The position numbers and the translations under genes were made by a program. DNA of 64,000 nucleotides from Bdellovibrionales bacterium (GTDB taxonomy: Bacteria > Bdellovibrionota > Bdellovibrionia > Bdellovibrionales > UBA1609). The notes under the pieces were generated by a model that worked only from the letters and a program-made list of their open reading frames with translations, searched no databases and had not been told where the DNA came from. The stretch is taken from NCBI GenBank assembly GCA_965219095.1, contig CBDCMT010000001.1:2132892-2196891 (forward strand). The letters run 5' to 3'. This document shows, in pieces, positions 40,111-50,985 of the stretch; position 1 is the first letter of the stretch, and every line of letters begins with the position of its first letter.

Positions 40111-41642
40111 GTAACTGCTCACCTACATTGTTCAGTTATCCTTAACTTTAGACCTATTTTAAGATAAAAGTCTTGCTCTTACAGATTTTCTTTTAAATAC
40201 TTTTTTCAAATGACAATAAATAAGACCTCCATCAGAAATGAGATTGAAAATATAAGAAGTGACTTTGATAAGTTTGCAAAGAAAGGTTCTGTGCCTACTG
40301 AGATTTCTGTGGTTTTTGAATCTCTCTTTAAGGTTGTGAACATTCTGATTGCTGTGCTTTTAGAAAAACAGGTTCGAAAAAATTCCAGCAACAGCGGTCT
40401 TCCTCCTTCGCAAGATTTTAGTCGTCAAGGGAATCGTAATAAGAAAGCTAGTGGGAGTCAAAAAAAGGGCTCTAGACTTGATAACAGTAAAGATACAAAC
40501 AGTGAGGAGACTGTCTTTCCCTCAGAGTGTTCTCAGTGTGGGATGTTTTTAAAGACAGCAGAGGTAAAAAGCCTTGAGAAGCGTAAAAAGATTGATATTT
40601 TTTATGAAATTCAGACCCATACTGTAACTTCTGAAGTTAAGGATTGTCCCTCATGTGGAGCTAGAAATAAAGGTCAATTCCCTAAAGGTATGAGTGGTCC
40701 TCTTCAGTATGGTATAGGCATTAGAGCTTCCATCATCAATTTCATTATAGTTCAGATGCTGTCTTTTCAACGTGTTGGGGAACATTACATGGGGCTTATA
40801 GGTCGAATGATTTCTCCTGCAGTTATGTTGAGATACATTGCTGAATTAGGAGAGTTTCTTAAAAGTTGGGAAGAGCAGATGAAAGAAAAGATACTTGAAT
40901 CAGAGGTCATTCATGTTGATGAGACCTCTATGAGGGTTAAGGGTAAAAACTACTGGATTCATACTTATAGTTCAGGAGAATTAGTCTTGCAGTTTCTCCA
41001 CCTTTCAGGTGGAAGGGAAGCCATAAAAGATATTGGTCTCTTGGATAGATATGGAGGAGTGCTTGTGCATGATTGTTGGAGTCCTTACTTTTGTTATGAT
41101 AAGATAACTCATGCTTTGTGTGTGGCTCACCTTTTGAGAGAGCTTAAATTTATAGAAGAAAGCAATGGATTCAAATGGGCTACAAATCTCAAAAAACTTC
41201 TTAAAGAGACTGTGGAGTTAGTTCATAAAAAAGAGTCAAGAGTTCTGACTCAAAAAGAGTACGAAACTCTTCAGAGAAGGTATAGGAGTATTCTTACAAA
41301 AGGCTTAAAAGAGCTTCCAGAATTTCCTAAGAAAAATGGCAAGAAAGGACGAATAAAGCATACACAAGCTCAAAACCTTTGGCTGCGATTTAAAAAGTAT
41401 GAAGCAGAAATACTGTGCTTTGCTAAAAGAAAGAACGTAGATCCTACTAATAACAGAGCTGAAAGAGATCTAAGAATGACTAAAGTGAAAAAGAAAGTGT
41501 CAGGGTGTTTCAGAACAGAAGAAATGGCGAAATATTTTTGTCGTATTACCAGCTATGTTAAAACAATGAGAAATAGAGGGTATTCTTCTTTAGAAGCCAT
41601 CTCTATGGCTTTAAATAAAAACTTACGAGAGTGAGCAGTTAT
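40111..41642 (+). mobile_element. IS66-family single-ORF element (ISBst12-like), copy 2
   Basis: gtaactgctc / gagcagttat ends; 8-bp TSD aatatttt. Confidence 0.92.
40210..41634 (+). CDS. IS66-family transposase, intact 474 aa
   Basis: Uninterrupted ORF with zinc ribbon, VIHVDET, VHDCW and TNNRAERDLR. Confidence 0.9.
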   Translation: MTINKTSIRNEIENIRSDFDKFAKKGSVPTEISVVFESLFKVVNILIAVLLEKQVRKNSSNSGLPPSQDFSRQGNRNKKASGSQKKGSRLDNSKDTNSEETVFPSECSQCGMFLKTAEVKSLEKRKKIDIFYEIQTHTVTSEVKDCPSCGARNKGQFPKGMSGPLQYGIGIRASIINFIIVQMLSFQRVGEHYMGLIGRMISPAVMLRYIAELGEFLKSWEEQMKEKILESEVIHVDETSMRVKGKNYWIHTYSSGELVLQFLHLSGGREAIKDIGLLDRYGGVLVHDCWSPYFCYDKITHALCVAHLLRELKFIEESNGFKWATNLKKLLKETVELVHKKESRVLTQKEYETLQRRYRSILTKGLKELPEFPKKNGKKGRIKHTQAQNLWLRFKKYEAEILCFAKRKNVDPTNNRAERDLRMTKVKKKVSGCFRTEEMAKYFCRITSYVKTMRNRGYSSLEAISMALNKNLRE

Positions 41643-42869
41643 AATATTTTTAGATATCTCATCTAAGTGAATTTGCATCATCCCTGAATTACATTCCGGT
41701 AAAATCCAAGCACAGCCTTTATTTCTATCCGGACAAACTGCTCCAAAAATATAAGTGGATAAAAATTGTCTTTGCCTCACAACTCTAGGCCGTGTGCCTT
41801 TTCTTGCCCAAATCCTGCTCAAAGAACCTTGCTGAGCTTATTCTGCATTCATCCTGCCACCAAATCTCTATTTTATGAGTCTGAATCTTTTCTTTTATTT
41901 TCTCCACCTCTTCTGGAAAATGTTCCTTAAACTGTTCCATAGCTTCTTAATGAACTTTTAGGATGAAGAGAACGACCACTGATCCATACAATATTAAGGC
42001 GGTCTAAAGAAACATAAACCCCAGAAAGAGAATAGCAACAGTCAAATTCATCTGCTAAAAGTTTCTGTATTCCCTTTGCTCCTATGCTTCCTCCCTCTCT
42101 TTTGTCTTGAATTTCATCTAACTTGATTTTGAACCTCTCTTCTTCTGTTACTGGCAAACGAGGCTTGCGTCCTCTGCCTTCTCGATCTATCAATCCCTCG
42201 TAATCAAAGTCTACAAAAAAAGACTGTAACCAGGATTTGATACTGTGACGGTGATACAAAACCATACCTGCTGTTTCTTGAATCGATTTTCCTTCTTGCA
42301 TATGCTGCAAAGCCAATAATTTTGTCTTGATGTTGGCACTTCTTTCTACTTTGTAAGTAGCCAGAAAATCATACCCTTGAATCTGTGTAACTAAATCTTT
42401 TTTCGACATGACTCTAAAAATTTAACAGAGTTTTATCAAAAAGCCAGGACGCAATGAGTTAAAAAAATGTCGAATTAATTTTTGGAAATGGTATAACTTC
42501 CGTCGATGGACACCCGCTCTGTATCAACTTCTTCTTGTAAAGTAAAAAAAAATCATTCCATAACCCTTTTTGTACCCACCTATTAAAGCGATTATATGCT
42601 CTCTTCCAAGGACAGAACTGTTCAGGAATATCACGCCACGGACTGCCTGTACGTAATTTCCATAAAATTGCTTCCATAACATTTCTATTGTTTGCTGAAT
42701 GATAACAGCCTTTCTCTCTTATAATAGCTTCCAGATCCTTCCACATAGAATCTGTTAAAACTTTTCTTAACATAACACCTCCCTTTGTTATGAGCTTTTT
42801 ACAATCTTTATAAATATTCAACACGGCTAAGGTCTTGAAAAAGGTCTAGGCAAATAAGGACATGCCCTA

Positions 42870-43021
42870 GAAGAACTTCTCTAATACTTTTGTAACGGGG
42901 AAGGCCTTAGAAAAACGTCTTACAGGCTCGTTTTACAACAAGATCAATAAAAACTTCTCCTTTAAAATCTAAGAAATATTTCCCTCGTAGGAGTCAAGGG
43001 CTGTTAAGAAACCCGACTTAC
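42870..43021 (+). mobile_element. Right-end fragment of the classical IS66
   Basis: Near-identical to 23163-23312; ends in gacttac. Confidence 0.8.
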
Positions 43022-43099
43022 TCTTAAACAATTAAATGAAATATGAGAAAATTTTAGGAATACCTACAGATATGGAGATAGAATCCTTAAAAAAAGTAA

Positions 43100-43127
43100 A
43101 AACAGCACCACTTTGACAGTGCTGTTT
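43100..43127. terminator. Possible intrinsic terminator
   Basis: aaacagcac-cactttgaca-gtgctgttt perfect 9-bp stem. Confidence 0.4.
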
Positions 43128-43153
43128 AATAAAAATTGTCTTAATAGAGTATA

Positions 43154-44136
43154 TAGTGCTTCCGTTTAGTTTTTCAGTTTCCTAAGATAGAGAAGTTATC
43201 AGTTATCAAAGTTTCTAATTTAGATCTGTGTTTTCGTATTCCTCTAAAAAATTGACTTAAACTTCCCTTGAAATCGTCATAGTTTTCATAATATCGATTC
43301 GCCGTGACCTCTTTTTTCATAAACTTCCAAAGCCTTTCTATAGGATTTAAATTCGGTGAGTACGGAGGAAGATAAATAAGTTTTATATTCAACTCTTTCG
43401 CTAACTTCTTGACAGACTTCGATCTATTGTATCCGGCCCCATCTAAGATAAGATGAATCTCTTTTTCATCGGAATACTTCTTAATGAATATGATAGAGCA
43501 TATCATATAGAAAAACTTCGTTAACTGTCTTATGACTCCTGACTACCGTCTTCAAACTATTGATCTCAATAGCTCCACAAACATTCACTCTTTTTCTCCA
43601 GCCTGAATTGGTCTTCACTTCAAACTTCTTACCCTCTCTTATCCAACCATATGAAATCGTAGGGCCCCACTCAGGATGTGTGGAATCAGCAAAGTAAACA
43701 GGACCGTCTTTCTTCTTAATTCTCTTGTCTGTGATGATGGAAAAATTCTTTTCTCTAATTCCTTTAAAAGCATTTTCTCCTCTTTCTTAGTTAAAAAGGA
43801 CCTTTTAGGGTTGTAATTGTCGTTGATTAAGCACTCTATCCCGCCTTTGTTATAACGATCTCTACAGGCTCTTATCGTGCCCTCATCAAGGAAAAGAAAA
43901 CGGGAAATATCTTTACACAACTCACCTTTATCTAAATGGAGAATTGTCATAATCCTTTTTCCGTACCTAAGATTTCTTTCTAAAGATAGTTCATAGAGTA
44001 AATCTTTTCGCTCTTTTTTTGATAGAAACCCTGACATATGAAACTATTTTTAAAAATAAATGACTTTTTATCAAGGCCTTAGAATAAAAACTAGACCTCA
44101 ACTCAAAAAAAACGGAAAACCTAAACGGAAGCACTA
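43154..44136 (-). mobile_element. IS630-family element type 2, internally deleted copy
   Basis: IRs tagtgcttccgtttag / ctaaacggaagcacta; TA duplication; LILDGAGYN, LPPYSPNLNPIERLW. Confidence 0.9.
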
Positions 44137-44158
44137 TAGATTAACCCAAAGACACACC

Positions 44159-44977
44159 TTAACTTTTATTAAGGTGTCTATCTATAATTTCCTTAAAACT
44201 ATCAATAGGCCTTGCACCTGAAAGTCTTACCCCGTTGATTATAAAGGCAGGAGTTCCGTTAAAACCAAAACCATTAGCTTCTTTTTTATCTTCGTTAATA
44301 ATATCTGCAATTTTTTTAGATTTCATATCTTTCTTTGCTTTTGCTAAATTAGCTCTTACTTTTTTTACAGCACTATTTAAAAACTTAATAACATCTTCAC
44401 GGCTTTTATTAGGGTTGCGTAATGAGTTAGAATTATCAAAGACATAGTCATGAAATTTTTCAGCCTTATCAGATCCTTGTAAAGCCACAGCTTCATAATA
44501 TTCAGCCACTTTTCTTCCATACCTTTGATTAGGAAGATGCTTGTACAAGACTCTTACCTTATTTCCATAAACTTTTTTGATTTTCTTTATGGTCTGATAG
44601 GCTCTAGCACAAAAAGTGCATTGAAAATCCGAATACTCCACAATAGTAATGGGTGCATTTTTTGGGCCGAAGATGGCACGTGAGGGGTCAATTTTAGGGT
44701 TTCTAGGGTTTTTAAAATCCTGTTCAAGTTTGTCTTTTTCTTTCTGAACTCGTTTTTCCATTTCTTCTTTTTGAGCTATTTGTTGCTGAGAGCTCATTGC
44801 ATTTCTCATTTTTTCGCTAAAAATAAATTTAGCAAAGCCTTGAGCATTTGTCTCTATAGCTTTTAAAACAAGGCTTGAATTTTGTATTAAAACTACAGTC
44901 AATCCTACAGAAACTGCAACAGACAACAATACTGATATAATAATTGTTACTAGGGTTTTTGAACTATTTTTTTCCAT
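44159..44977 (-). CDS. DsbA/BdbD-like thioredoxin-fold oxidoreductase with N-terminal anchor
   Basis: IVEYSDFQCTFCAR (CxxC) and GFNGTPAFIING (cis-Pro). Confidence 0.88.
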   Translation of the reverse strand: MEKNSSKTLVTIIISVLLSVAVSVGLTVVLIQNSSLVLKAIETNAQGFAKFIFSEKMRNAMSSQQQIAQKEEMEKRVQKEKDKLEQDFKNPRNPKIDPSRAIFGPKNAPITIVEYSDFQCTFCARAYQTIKKIKKVYGNKVRVLYKHLPNQRYGRKVAEYYEAVALQGSDKAEKFHDYVFDNSNSLRNPNKSREDVIKFLNSAVKKVRANLAKAKKDMKSKKIADIINEDKKEANGFGFNGTPAFIINGVRLSGARPIDSFKEIIDRHLNKS

Positions 44978-45254
44978 AATGCTATACTCCTTTTTATCAT
45001 TATTTTTTTATTTTTTCTTTAATTTTCTATGAAACTTACAAATTTTGCAAGTCTTACTAAAGGCTAGTCTTTGCAGAAGAGCTTTTTTATGAAAATATTT
45101 GACACTTATGTTTTTCTTCCTTAGCTGACTTCATAGCTAAAGGTAGTCTTTCAGAATCACAAATCAAATGATCTTATCAAATTATGACTTTCAGCCTAAA
45201 ACCTGATCTTCAGAATTTATTCCCTTCTTATACCAATTACAGAAATTAATTCGA

Positions 45255-45827
45255 TTCATAATAAGTTTCCTCGGTTGTTTAAGACAGGAGAGAGCCAAGC
45301 AGGAAAAGAAAACCAGGTATGGTGTTCGGATTTAACCTATATTCCTTTTAGAGATAAATTTCTGTATTTGGTTGTATTTTTAGATGTCTATAATCGAGAG
45401 ATTAAGTCTTGGAAGCTCTGTGAGAGTTTGGACGGGATTCATTCAAAACAGGCTCTGAGAGCCGCAGTCCAATCTGTTTCTGGGAGCTTAGAGGGCTGAT
45501 AGTCCACTCGGATCAAGGGGTTCAATACTGTTGTGAAGGGTTTGAGATAAGGAATTGAAATTCTTTGTCTTCAAGCAATCTATGTCTAGGGAGGGAAATT
45601 GTTATGATAATGCGTTTGTGGAGAGCTTTTTCCATACGTTGAAGGATGAACTGGAATACAAAGACTGTACAACAAAGGAGGAGTTGGAGAAAAAAATTGC
45701 AATTTACATGGATTGGTATAACAAGGTAAGAATGCATATTCTTCCTTGGAATACATGAGTCCAGAAGAATTTAAACAAAGGAGGCTTTAAGAACATAAAA
45801 ACTGTCCACTTTTTTGGAGGAAGATCA
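45255..45827 (+). mobile_element. IS3-family remnant (integrase core plus right end)
   Basis: NQVWCSDLTYI, VHSDQGVQY, MSREGNCYDNAFVESFFHTLKDE; ends ctgtccactttttggaggaagatca. Confidence 0.85.
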
Positions 45828-46374
45828 AGAGAATTAAGAAGAAAGGCGGTCTTGTTTACTTTGCTGATTCCACACATCCTGAGTGGGGTCCTACGATTTC
45901 ATATGGTTGGATAGAAGTGAAGACCAATTCAGGCTGAAGAAAAAGAGTGAATGTTTGTGGAGCTATTGAGATCAATAGTTTGAAGACGGTAGTCAGGAGT
46001 CATAAGACAGTTAACCATGTTTCCATATGTGATATGCTCCATCATATTCATTAAGAAGTATTCCGATGAAAAAGAGATTCATCTTATCTTAGATGGGGCC
46101 GGATACAATAGATCGAAGTCTGTCAAGAAGTTAGTGAAAGAGTTGAATATAAAACTTGTTTATCTTCCTCCGTACTCACCGAATTTAAATCCTATAGAAA
46201 GGCTTTGGAAGTTTATGAAAAAAGAGGTCACGGCGAATCGATATTATGAAAACTATGACGATTTCAAGGGAAGTTTAAGTCAATTTTTTAGAGGAATACG
46301 AAAACACAGGCCTAAATTAGAAACTTTGATAACTTCTCCATCTTAGGAACCTGAAAACCTAAACGGAAGCACTA
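45828..46374 (+). mobile_element. IS630 type 2, 3' fragment
   Basis: YFADSTHP, LILDGAGYN, LPPYSPNLNP; right IR followed by TA inside IS982. Confidence 0.85.
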
Positions 46375-47259
46375 TATCATATCAATTTATGTTCTTGTCG
46401 ATGATTTTTTAACCCCTCTCATACAGCAGCACCCAGAACTGGTTCCCAAAAATAAAGGAGGTTTTTCTTGTGCTATGTCTCCCAGCGAAATTGTCACTCT
46501 TTATCTTACTTTTCCAAAGTTCTGGCTTTAGGAATTTTAAAGCCTTTTACCAGTTTGCAAAAGTCTATCTTAAATCTTATTTTCCTAAAATGTTGTCTTA
46601 CTCCCGATTTGTGAACATCAAAAAAGACATGGCTTTTTTGATGTTTCTTTTCTTGACAAGCCTTATGAGTAAAACCATCGGCATATCATTTATTGATTCC
46701 ACATCGATTGCTGTCTGCAAAAATAAAAGAATAGGACGAAATAAGGTGTTCTAAAAGTTAGCTAAAAAGAGGCAAAAGTAGTATGGGCTGGTTCTTCGGA
46801 TTTAAACTCCATATTGTTATCAATCACCTAGGAGAACTTTTAAGTTTTACCTTAACTCCGGGAAATGTAGATGATCGAAAGCTAAGTTATGGATTTATAG
46901 TAAAGGGTTGGTGGAAAAACTCTTTGGGGACAGAGGTTATATTTCATCAGACCTTTTCAAAAAGCTTTTAAAGAAGGGAGTTAAGCTTATTACAAACGTC
47001 AAATTAAATATGAAGAATAAATTGATTCCCTTATTTGACAAGTTGATGTTGAAAAAACGTTCTGTTGTGGAGGTCAGTGATTGGAGTGTTAAAAGGAGAG
47101 TTTCATCTTGAGCATTCTCGCCATCGTAGCCCACAAAACTTTGTCATCAATCTTTTAGGTACTCTCATCTCCTATTGCTTAAAACCTAAAAAACCCTCCA
47201 TTCAACTTAAAACTCAAAACAGGAGCTTCTGAACAATATATAAAAGTCGAAACTCGGGT
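46375..47259 (+). mobile_element. IS982-family element, copy 2 (left end lost)
   Basis: Near-identical to 5780-6664; ends gtcgaaactcgggt. Confidence 0.88.
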
Positions 47260-47777
47260 TATTACAAGTCAGCCGTATGGAAAAAAGCATCCTCATTAAG
47301 GTTAAAAACTTTCGTAGGTCCTTAAACTTTCATGAGTCCCTATCAAAAAAAGAAGATAAGTTATGTTTTTATACACTCTTCAAAGAAGGCTAGGAACCGA
47401 TCTCCTTTAGTATACAGGTTACAAAACTAGCCGGTTTTTCCGATCAAGTTATAGAAAAACAAAAAAATCTTTTCTTTTTTAAAAAAAACTCTAATTCATG
47501 AAAAAAAGTGCTACAACATAGCACAAAAAAGTCTTCAAATCCTTTTTAGTGTAAGAACACAATATTTTTAGAGGCTTTTGAGCATCTGAATCTCAAGTCA
47601 ACAACTCTCTTAGAAGCTTAATTGGCTTGGAAAACGGCAATGAAAACAAAAAAATAGTCACATGGTCTAGGTTTTTAGTATTTTTTTAAAATTCACTTGT
47701 ACTCTCTTATAAAGGCTGACAGACTTCTAAGTAAGGAAGTATTTTAAAAATAAACAATGAAACAGGGAGAGGCAAGG

Positions 47778-48182
47778 ATGCTTAAACAGTTTTTAATAAA
47801 AGAGGGTCTTTCTAAAAGAGAGTCAGAAGTAGCAGAATTAGTAACAAAAGGTCTATCAAATAAGGAAGTTGCTGATCAACTTTATGTTACTGAAAAAACA
47901 GTCAAATTTCACCTTACAAATATTTATAAGAAGATGAATCTTAAGTCGAGAGCTCAGTTGATTGTCTGGTGCTTACCTAAGATGGTCTTTATAGAAGATA
48001 AAAAAGCTCATCAGACTCAAACACAACCTTCTGATATAAGACCTACAACAAGTTCTCATACCATCACAGATAGCACTGCTAATGTAAATGACAACACCAT
48101 TCCAGCTGGATACAAAACGGTTTCAGATCCAGAAACCCCTCCTTTTGATAAGGGAAGTTCTGATCTAGATTCTTCATTTTAA
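47778..48182 (+). CDS. Stand-alone LuxR-type HTH transcriptional regulator
   Basis: LSKRESEVAELVTKGLSNKEVADQLYVTEKTVKFHLTNIYKKM; low-complexity C-tail; no receiver domain. Confidence 0.9.
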   Translation: MLKQFLIKEGLSKRESEVAELVTKGLSNKEVADQLYVTEKTVKFHLTNIYKKMNLKSRAQLIVWCLPKMVFIEDKKAHQTQTQPSDIRPTTSSHTITDSTANVNDNTIPAGYKTVSDPETPPFDKGSSDLDSSF

Positions 48183-48222
48183 CAAGTAACCTGGAGTTTA
48201 AGTTTTTCTTTTTTAAGTAAGT

Positions 48223-48720
48223 ATGAAGGGTAATTTCGTATCTTACTCTCAGGTCATAATGACTGAGCTTATCCTTCCTGTTCATGCTAATCAACTAGGG
48301 ACTGTTTTTGGAGGAGCCATTGTTTCTTGGGTTGATATTTGTGGTGCTATATGTGCAAGAAGGCATAGTCTAAGTGATGTTGTCACAGCTTCTATTGATG
48401 AGTTTCACTTTATAAAACCAGCCTATATTGGCTGGATTTTAAATTTGAAGGCAAGTCTTAATTATTCAGGTCGTACATCCATGGAAGTAGGTGTGCGTGC
48501 AACAGCTGAAGATCCTCAAACTCAAACTTATCACCATATTGCTTCTTCTTACTTAACTTTTGTAGCTATTGGAAAAAAAGGAAGCCCTAAGAAAATTCCT
48601 CCCTTGATTTTAAAAACCGATGTAGAAAAAAGACGCTATGATGAAGCGATCATTCGTCGTACCTCTCGTCTTAAAAAAAGAAAAGAAATACAAAAAAGAA
48701 GAGGGAACTTTGTCCCATAA
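48223..48720 (+). CDS. Acyl-CoA thioesterase (hotdog fold, YciA-like)
   Basis: HANQLGTVFGGAIVSWVD, VVTASID, GRTSMEVGV, YLTFVAI. Confidence 0.9.
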   Translation: MKGNFVSYSQVIMTELILPVHANQLGTVFGGAIVSWVDICGAICARRHSLSDVVTASIDEFHFIKPAYIGWILNLKASLNYSGRTSMEVGVRATAEDPQTQTYHHIASSYLTFVAIGKKGSPKKIPPLILKTDVEKRRYDEAIIRRTSRLKKRKEIQKRRGNFVP

Positions 48721-48875
48721 AAAGGGAATTGTTTAACAAGGTCCTTAGGGGATAAACAGTTTGATGGCTAGTGTTCTGAGCAGTAATTTTTTCACAATTT
48801 TCAAGTCTTTAATCCAGGTCATTTTGTTAAATTATTTTTATGTTAAAAAGAATAAAGGTGAAATGCTTAGAGTTA

Positions 48876-49045
48876 TACCATTTCCAAAAATTAATTCGAC
48901 ATTCTTTTAACGCATAGCCTCCTGGCTTTTTAATCAAACTCTGTTAAATTTTTAGAGTGTCTATCAAAAAGTATGTCAAGAAAAAACACTTCTCCATTTA
49001 CAAAAAATATAAAAAATTTTTTTTGCATACGGTCACGAATATTCT
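48876..49045. repeat. IS630 type-1 end fused to an 88-bp repeat; inverted counterpart at 58204-58610
   Basis: 48958-49045 is the exact reverse complement of 58204-58291. Confidence 0.85.
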
Positions 49046-49092
49046 AGGGCGTGTCCTCATTTGACTGTCCGCAGAAACAGGGGAAGTTCATT

Positions 49093-50985
49093 CCTGAGTT
49101 TGCCCTTTCATTAAAAAAACACCTTCAGATCGAAAACAATGCAGTTTCAGGTCTTTTTTCTTTAAGTTTATAATATGTCAGGTAATGTGCAATTATATAA
49201 CTTGGAGAAAAAAGAGGGAGGGATTTTTTATGTTCATGGCTTGTCCTAAAAGAAAAGATGGAAATATTGTGGTTAGGCTGATTGTATCCTATAGAAAGGA
49301 GGGTAAACCTAAATCCAAAATAGTTAAAACTATCGGTCAATCTAAAGATCCTAAAGCTGTAGAGCGGTATAAAAAGATAGCTAAAGAATTAATTGAAAAA
49401 GAAAAAAAGGGACTTGTTTCAATAGAGGGTGCTATTCGTAATAAGATTACAGTAAATCTTTCAGATGTAGACAATGAAGAGCGTCGTAATAATGGCTTTA
49501 ATGACATTCTAGGTTTTACTTACCAACAGTTGGGTTTTAATGATCTCATCCAAGCAGGAAGAGATCCTAAAAAGCTCAATGCTATTTTAAAGAATCTAGT
49601 TTTGATGAGAGTTTTTGATCCATCAAGTAAATTAAAAAGTTCCTATTTACTTGAGGAGCATTTTGGTAAAAATATAACTCTCAAACAAATTTTAAATTTG
49701 ATGGATCACATATCAGATCAGGAAGAAAACATTAGGGATAGAATTTCTCAAGTTATTCTTAATGGGGAAAAGAGCTTAGACATTGTCCTTTTTGATGTAA
49801 CGACCTTGGCCTTTGAAAGTGTTGTTCCCACGGACTTATTAGATTTTGGTTACAGCAAAGATGGTAAACCTGGAGAGGTTCAAGTTGTTTTAGCTGTTTT
49901 ATCGAATCAGAAGGGTTTGCCTATAAGTTATGAATTATTTGCTGGCAACACTTCAGAGTTTGAGACCTTTGAATCAATGATTAAGGGGGTTTCTAGGAAG
50001 TATAACCTTAGAAAGATAAGGGTTATAGCAGACCGAGGTTTGTTTTCCAATAGTAATCTTGAAGCTTTAGAGGGGTTAAATTCAGAGGGAATCAAGGCTG
50101 AGTACATTGTTTCTTGTCCCTTAAAAAAACTTCCTAAATCTCTTAAGGACAGTATTTTGAATAAGAGTAATTACAAAGATGATGGTACAGAAGGCTCTAA
50201 AATCTTATACCATGAGGTTGAGTATAATAACCGACGAATTATTATAAGTTACAGTGAGAAACGTGGGCGACATGATATAAAAAAAAGGGAACGTGCTGTA
50301 GAAAAGCTAAAGGAGTTAGAAAAAGATGGAAAGATTAAAAGTTCTAAGCTGATAAAAGGTGGAGGGAAAAATAAATATATACAAAAAGTTCGTGGGGACA
50401 CAAAGATTGATTGGAAAAAAGTGGAGCAAGACGCCTTGTGGGATGGTCTATATGGAGTTTGTACAAATTTAAAATCAGAGTCTGTTCATGCCATTTGTGA
50501 GGCCCGCTACAATCTTTGGCGAATTGAAGAGCTGTTTCGGATTAACAAACATAATTTAAAAATGCGACCCATATATCATAGAAAAACTCAAAGAATAAGA
50601 TCACACATAGCTATTTGTTTTTTAGCTTATGTGGTTCTGAGAAGTACAGAAATAACTTTAAAAGAAGCAGGGGTGAATATTAGCTCCCAAGAGCTTATTG
50701 AGACTCTTAAGGATGTAGAAACTAATATTATTCGAAATAGAGTAAAAGTTCCCTCTAAAGCTTATGGCCTTCCTCGTAAGTTATCTGCAAAGGCTAAGAA
50801 AATTTATAAGCTCTTTGGAAAGGAGTTTCCTGAAAGAGCCTATGAAATAACATAATTGTGAATATTTATTGGAGAGCTTTTGGTATGTAGAAAAATGTAG
50901 TATGTCTTTTTCATTGGAACAGTGCATAAACCTAGTTATTTCAGGTACTTAAAGTAATAGCTAAATTTGAAAGGGCAAACTCAGG
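49093..50985 (+). mobile_element. IS1634-family element B
   Basis: Perfect 18-bp IR cctgagtttgccctttca / tgaaagggcaaactcagg; no TSD visible; preceded by an IS5 end (gggcgtgtcctcatt, 49047). Confidence 0.75.
49230..50855 (+). CDS. IS1634-family transposase, open frame
   Basis: LFDVTTLAFES, GYSKDGK, IADRG, LWRIEELFRINK, MRPIYH..RIRSHIAICF. Confidence 0.9.
   Translation: MFMACPKRKDGNIVVRLIVSYRKEGKPKSKIVKTIGQSKDPKAVERYKKIAKELIEKEKKGLVSIEGAIRNKITVNLSDVDNEERRNNGFNDILGFTYQQLGFNDLIQAGRDPKKLNAILKNLVLMRVFDPSSKLKSSYLLEEHFGKNITLKQILNLMDHISDQEENIRDRISQVILNGEKSLDIVLFDVTTLAFESVVPTDLLDFGYSKDGKPGEVQVVLAVLSNQKGLPISYELFAGNTSEFETFESMIKGVSRKYNLRKIRVIADRGLFSNSNLEALEGLNSEGIKAEYIVSCPLKKLPKSLKDSILNKSNYKDDGTEGSKILYHEVEYNNRRIIISYSEKRGRHDIKKRERAVEKLKELEKDGKIKSSKLIKGGGKNKYIQKVRGDTKIDWKKVEQDALWDGLYGVCTNLKSESVHAICEARYNLWRIEELFRINKHNLKMRPIYHRKTQRIRSHIAICFLAYVVLRSTEITLKEAGVNISSQELIETLKDVETNIIRNRVKVPSKAYGLPRKLSAKAKKIYKLFGKEFPERAYEIT

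Larger units (their letters stand above)
39539..42493 (-). mobile_element. IS630-family element type 1, copy 3, carrying a nested IS66
   Basis: Same IRs and TA duplication; DDE ORF split at 40110/41643. Confidence 0.9.
39505..42867 (-). mobile_element. IS5-family (IS427-like) element, copy 2, interrupted by IS630 and truncated
   Basis: End gggcatgtccttatttgcctag; ORF 42459-42824; reading resumes across the IS630 as IDGS-YVSIHQHASGAR at 39505-39538. Confidence 0.85.
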
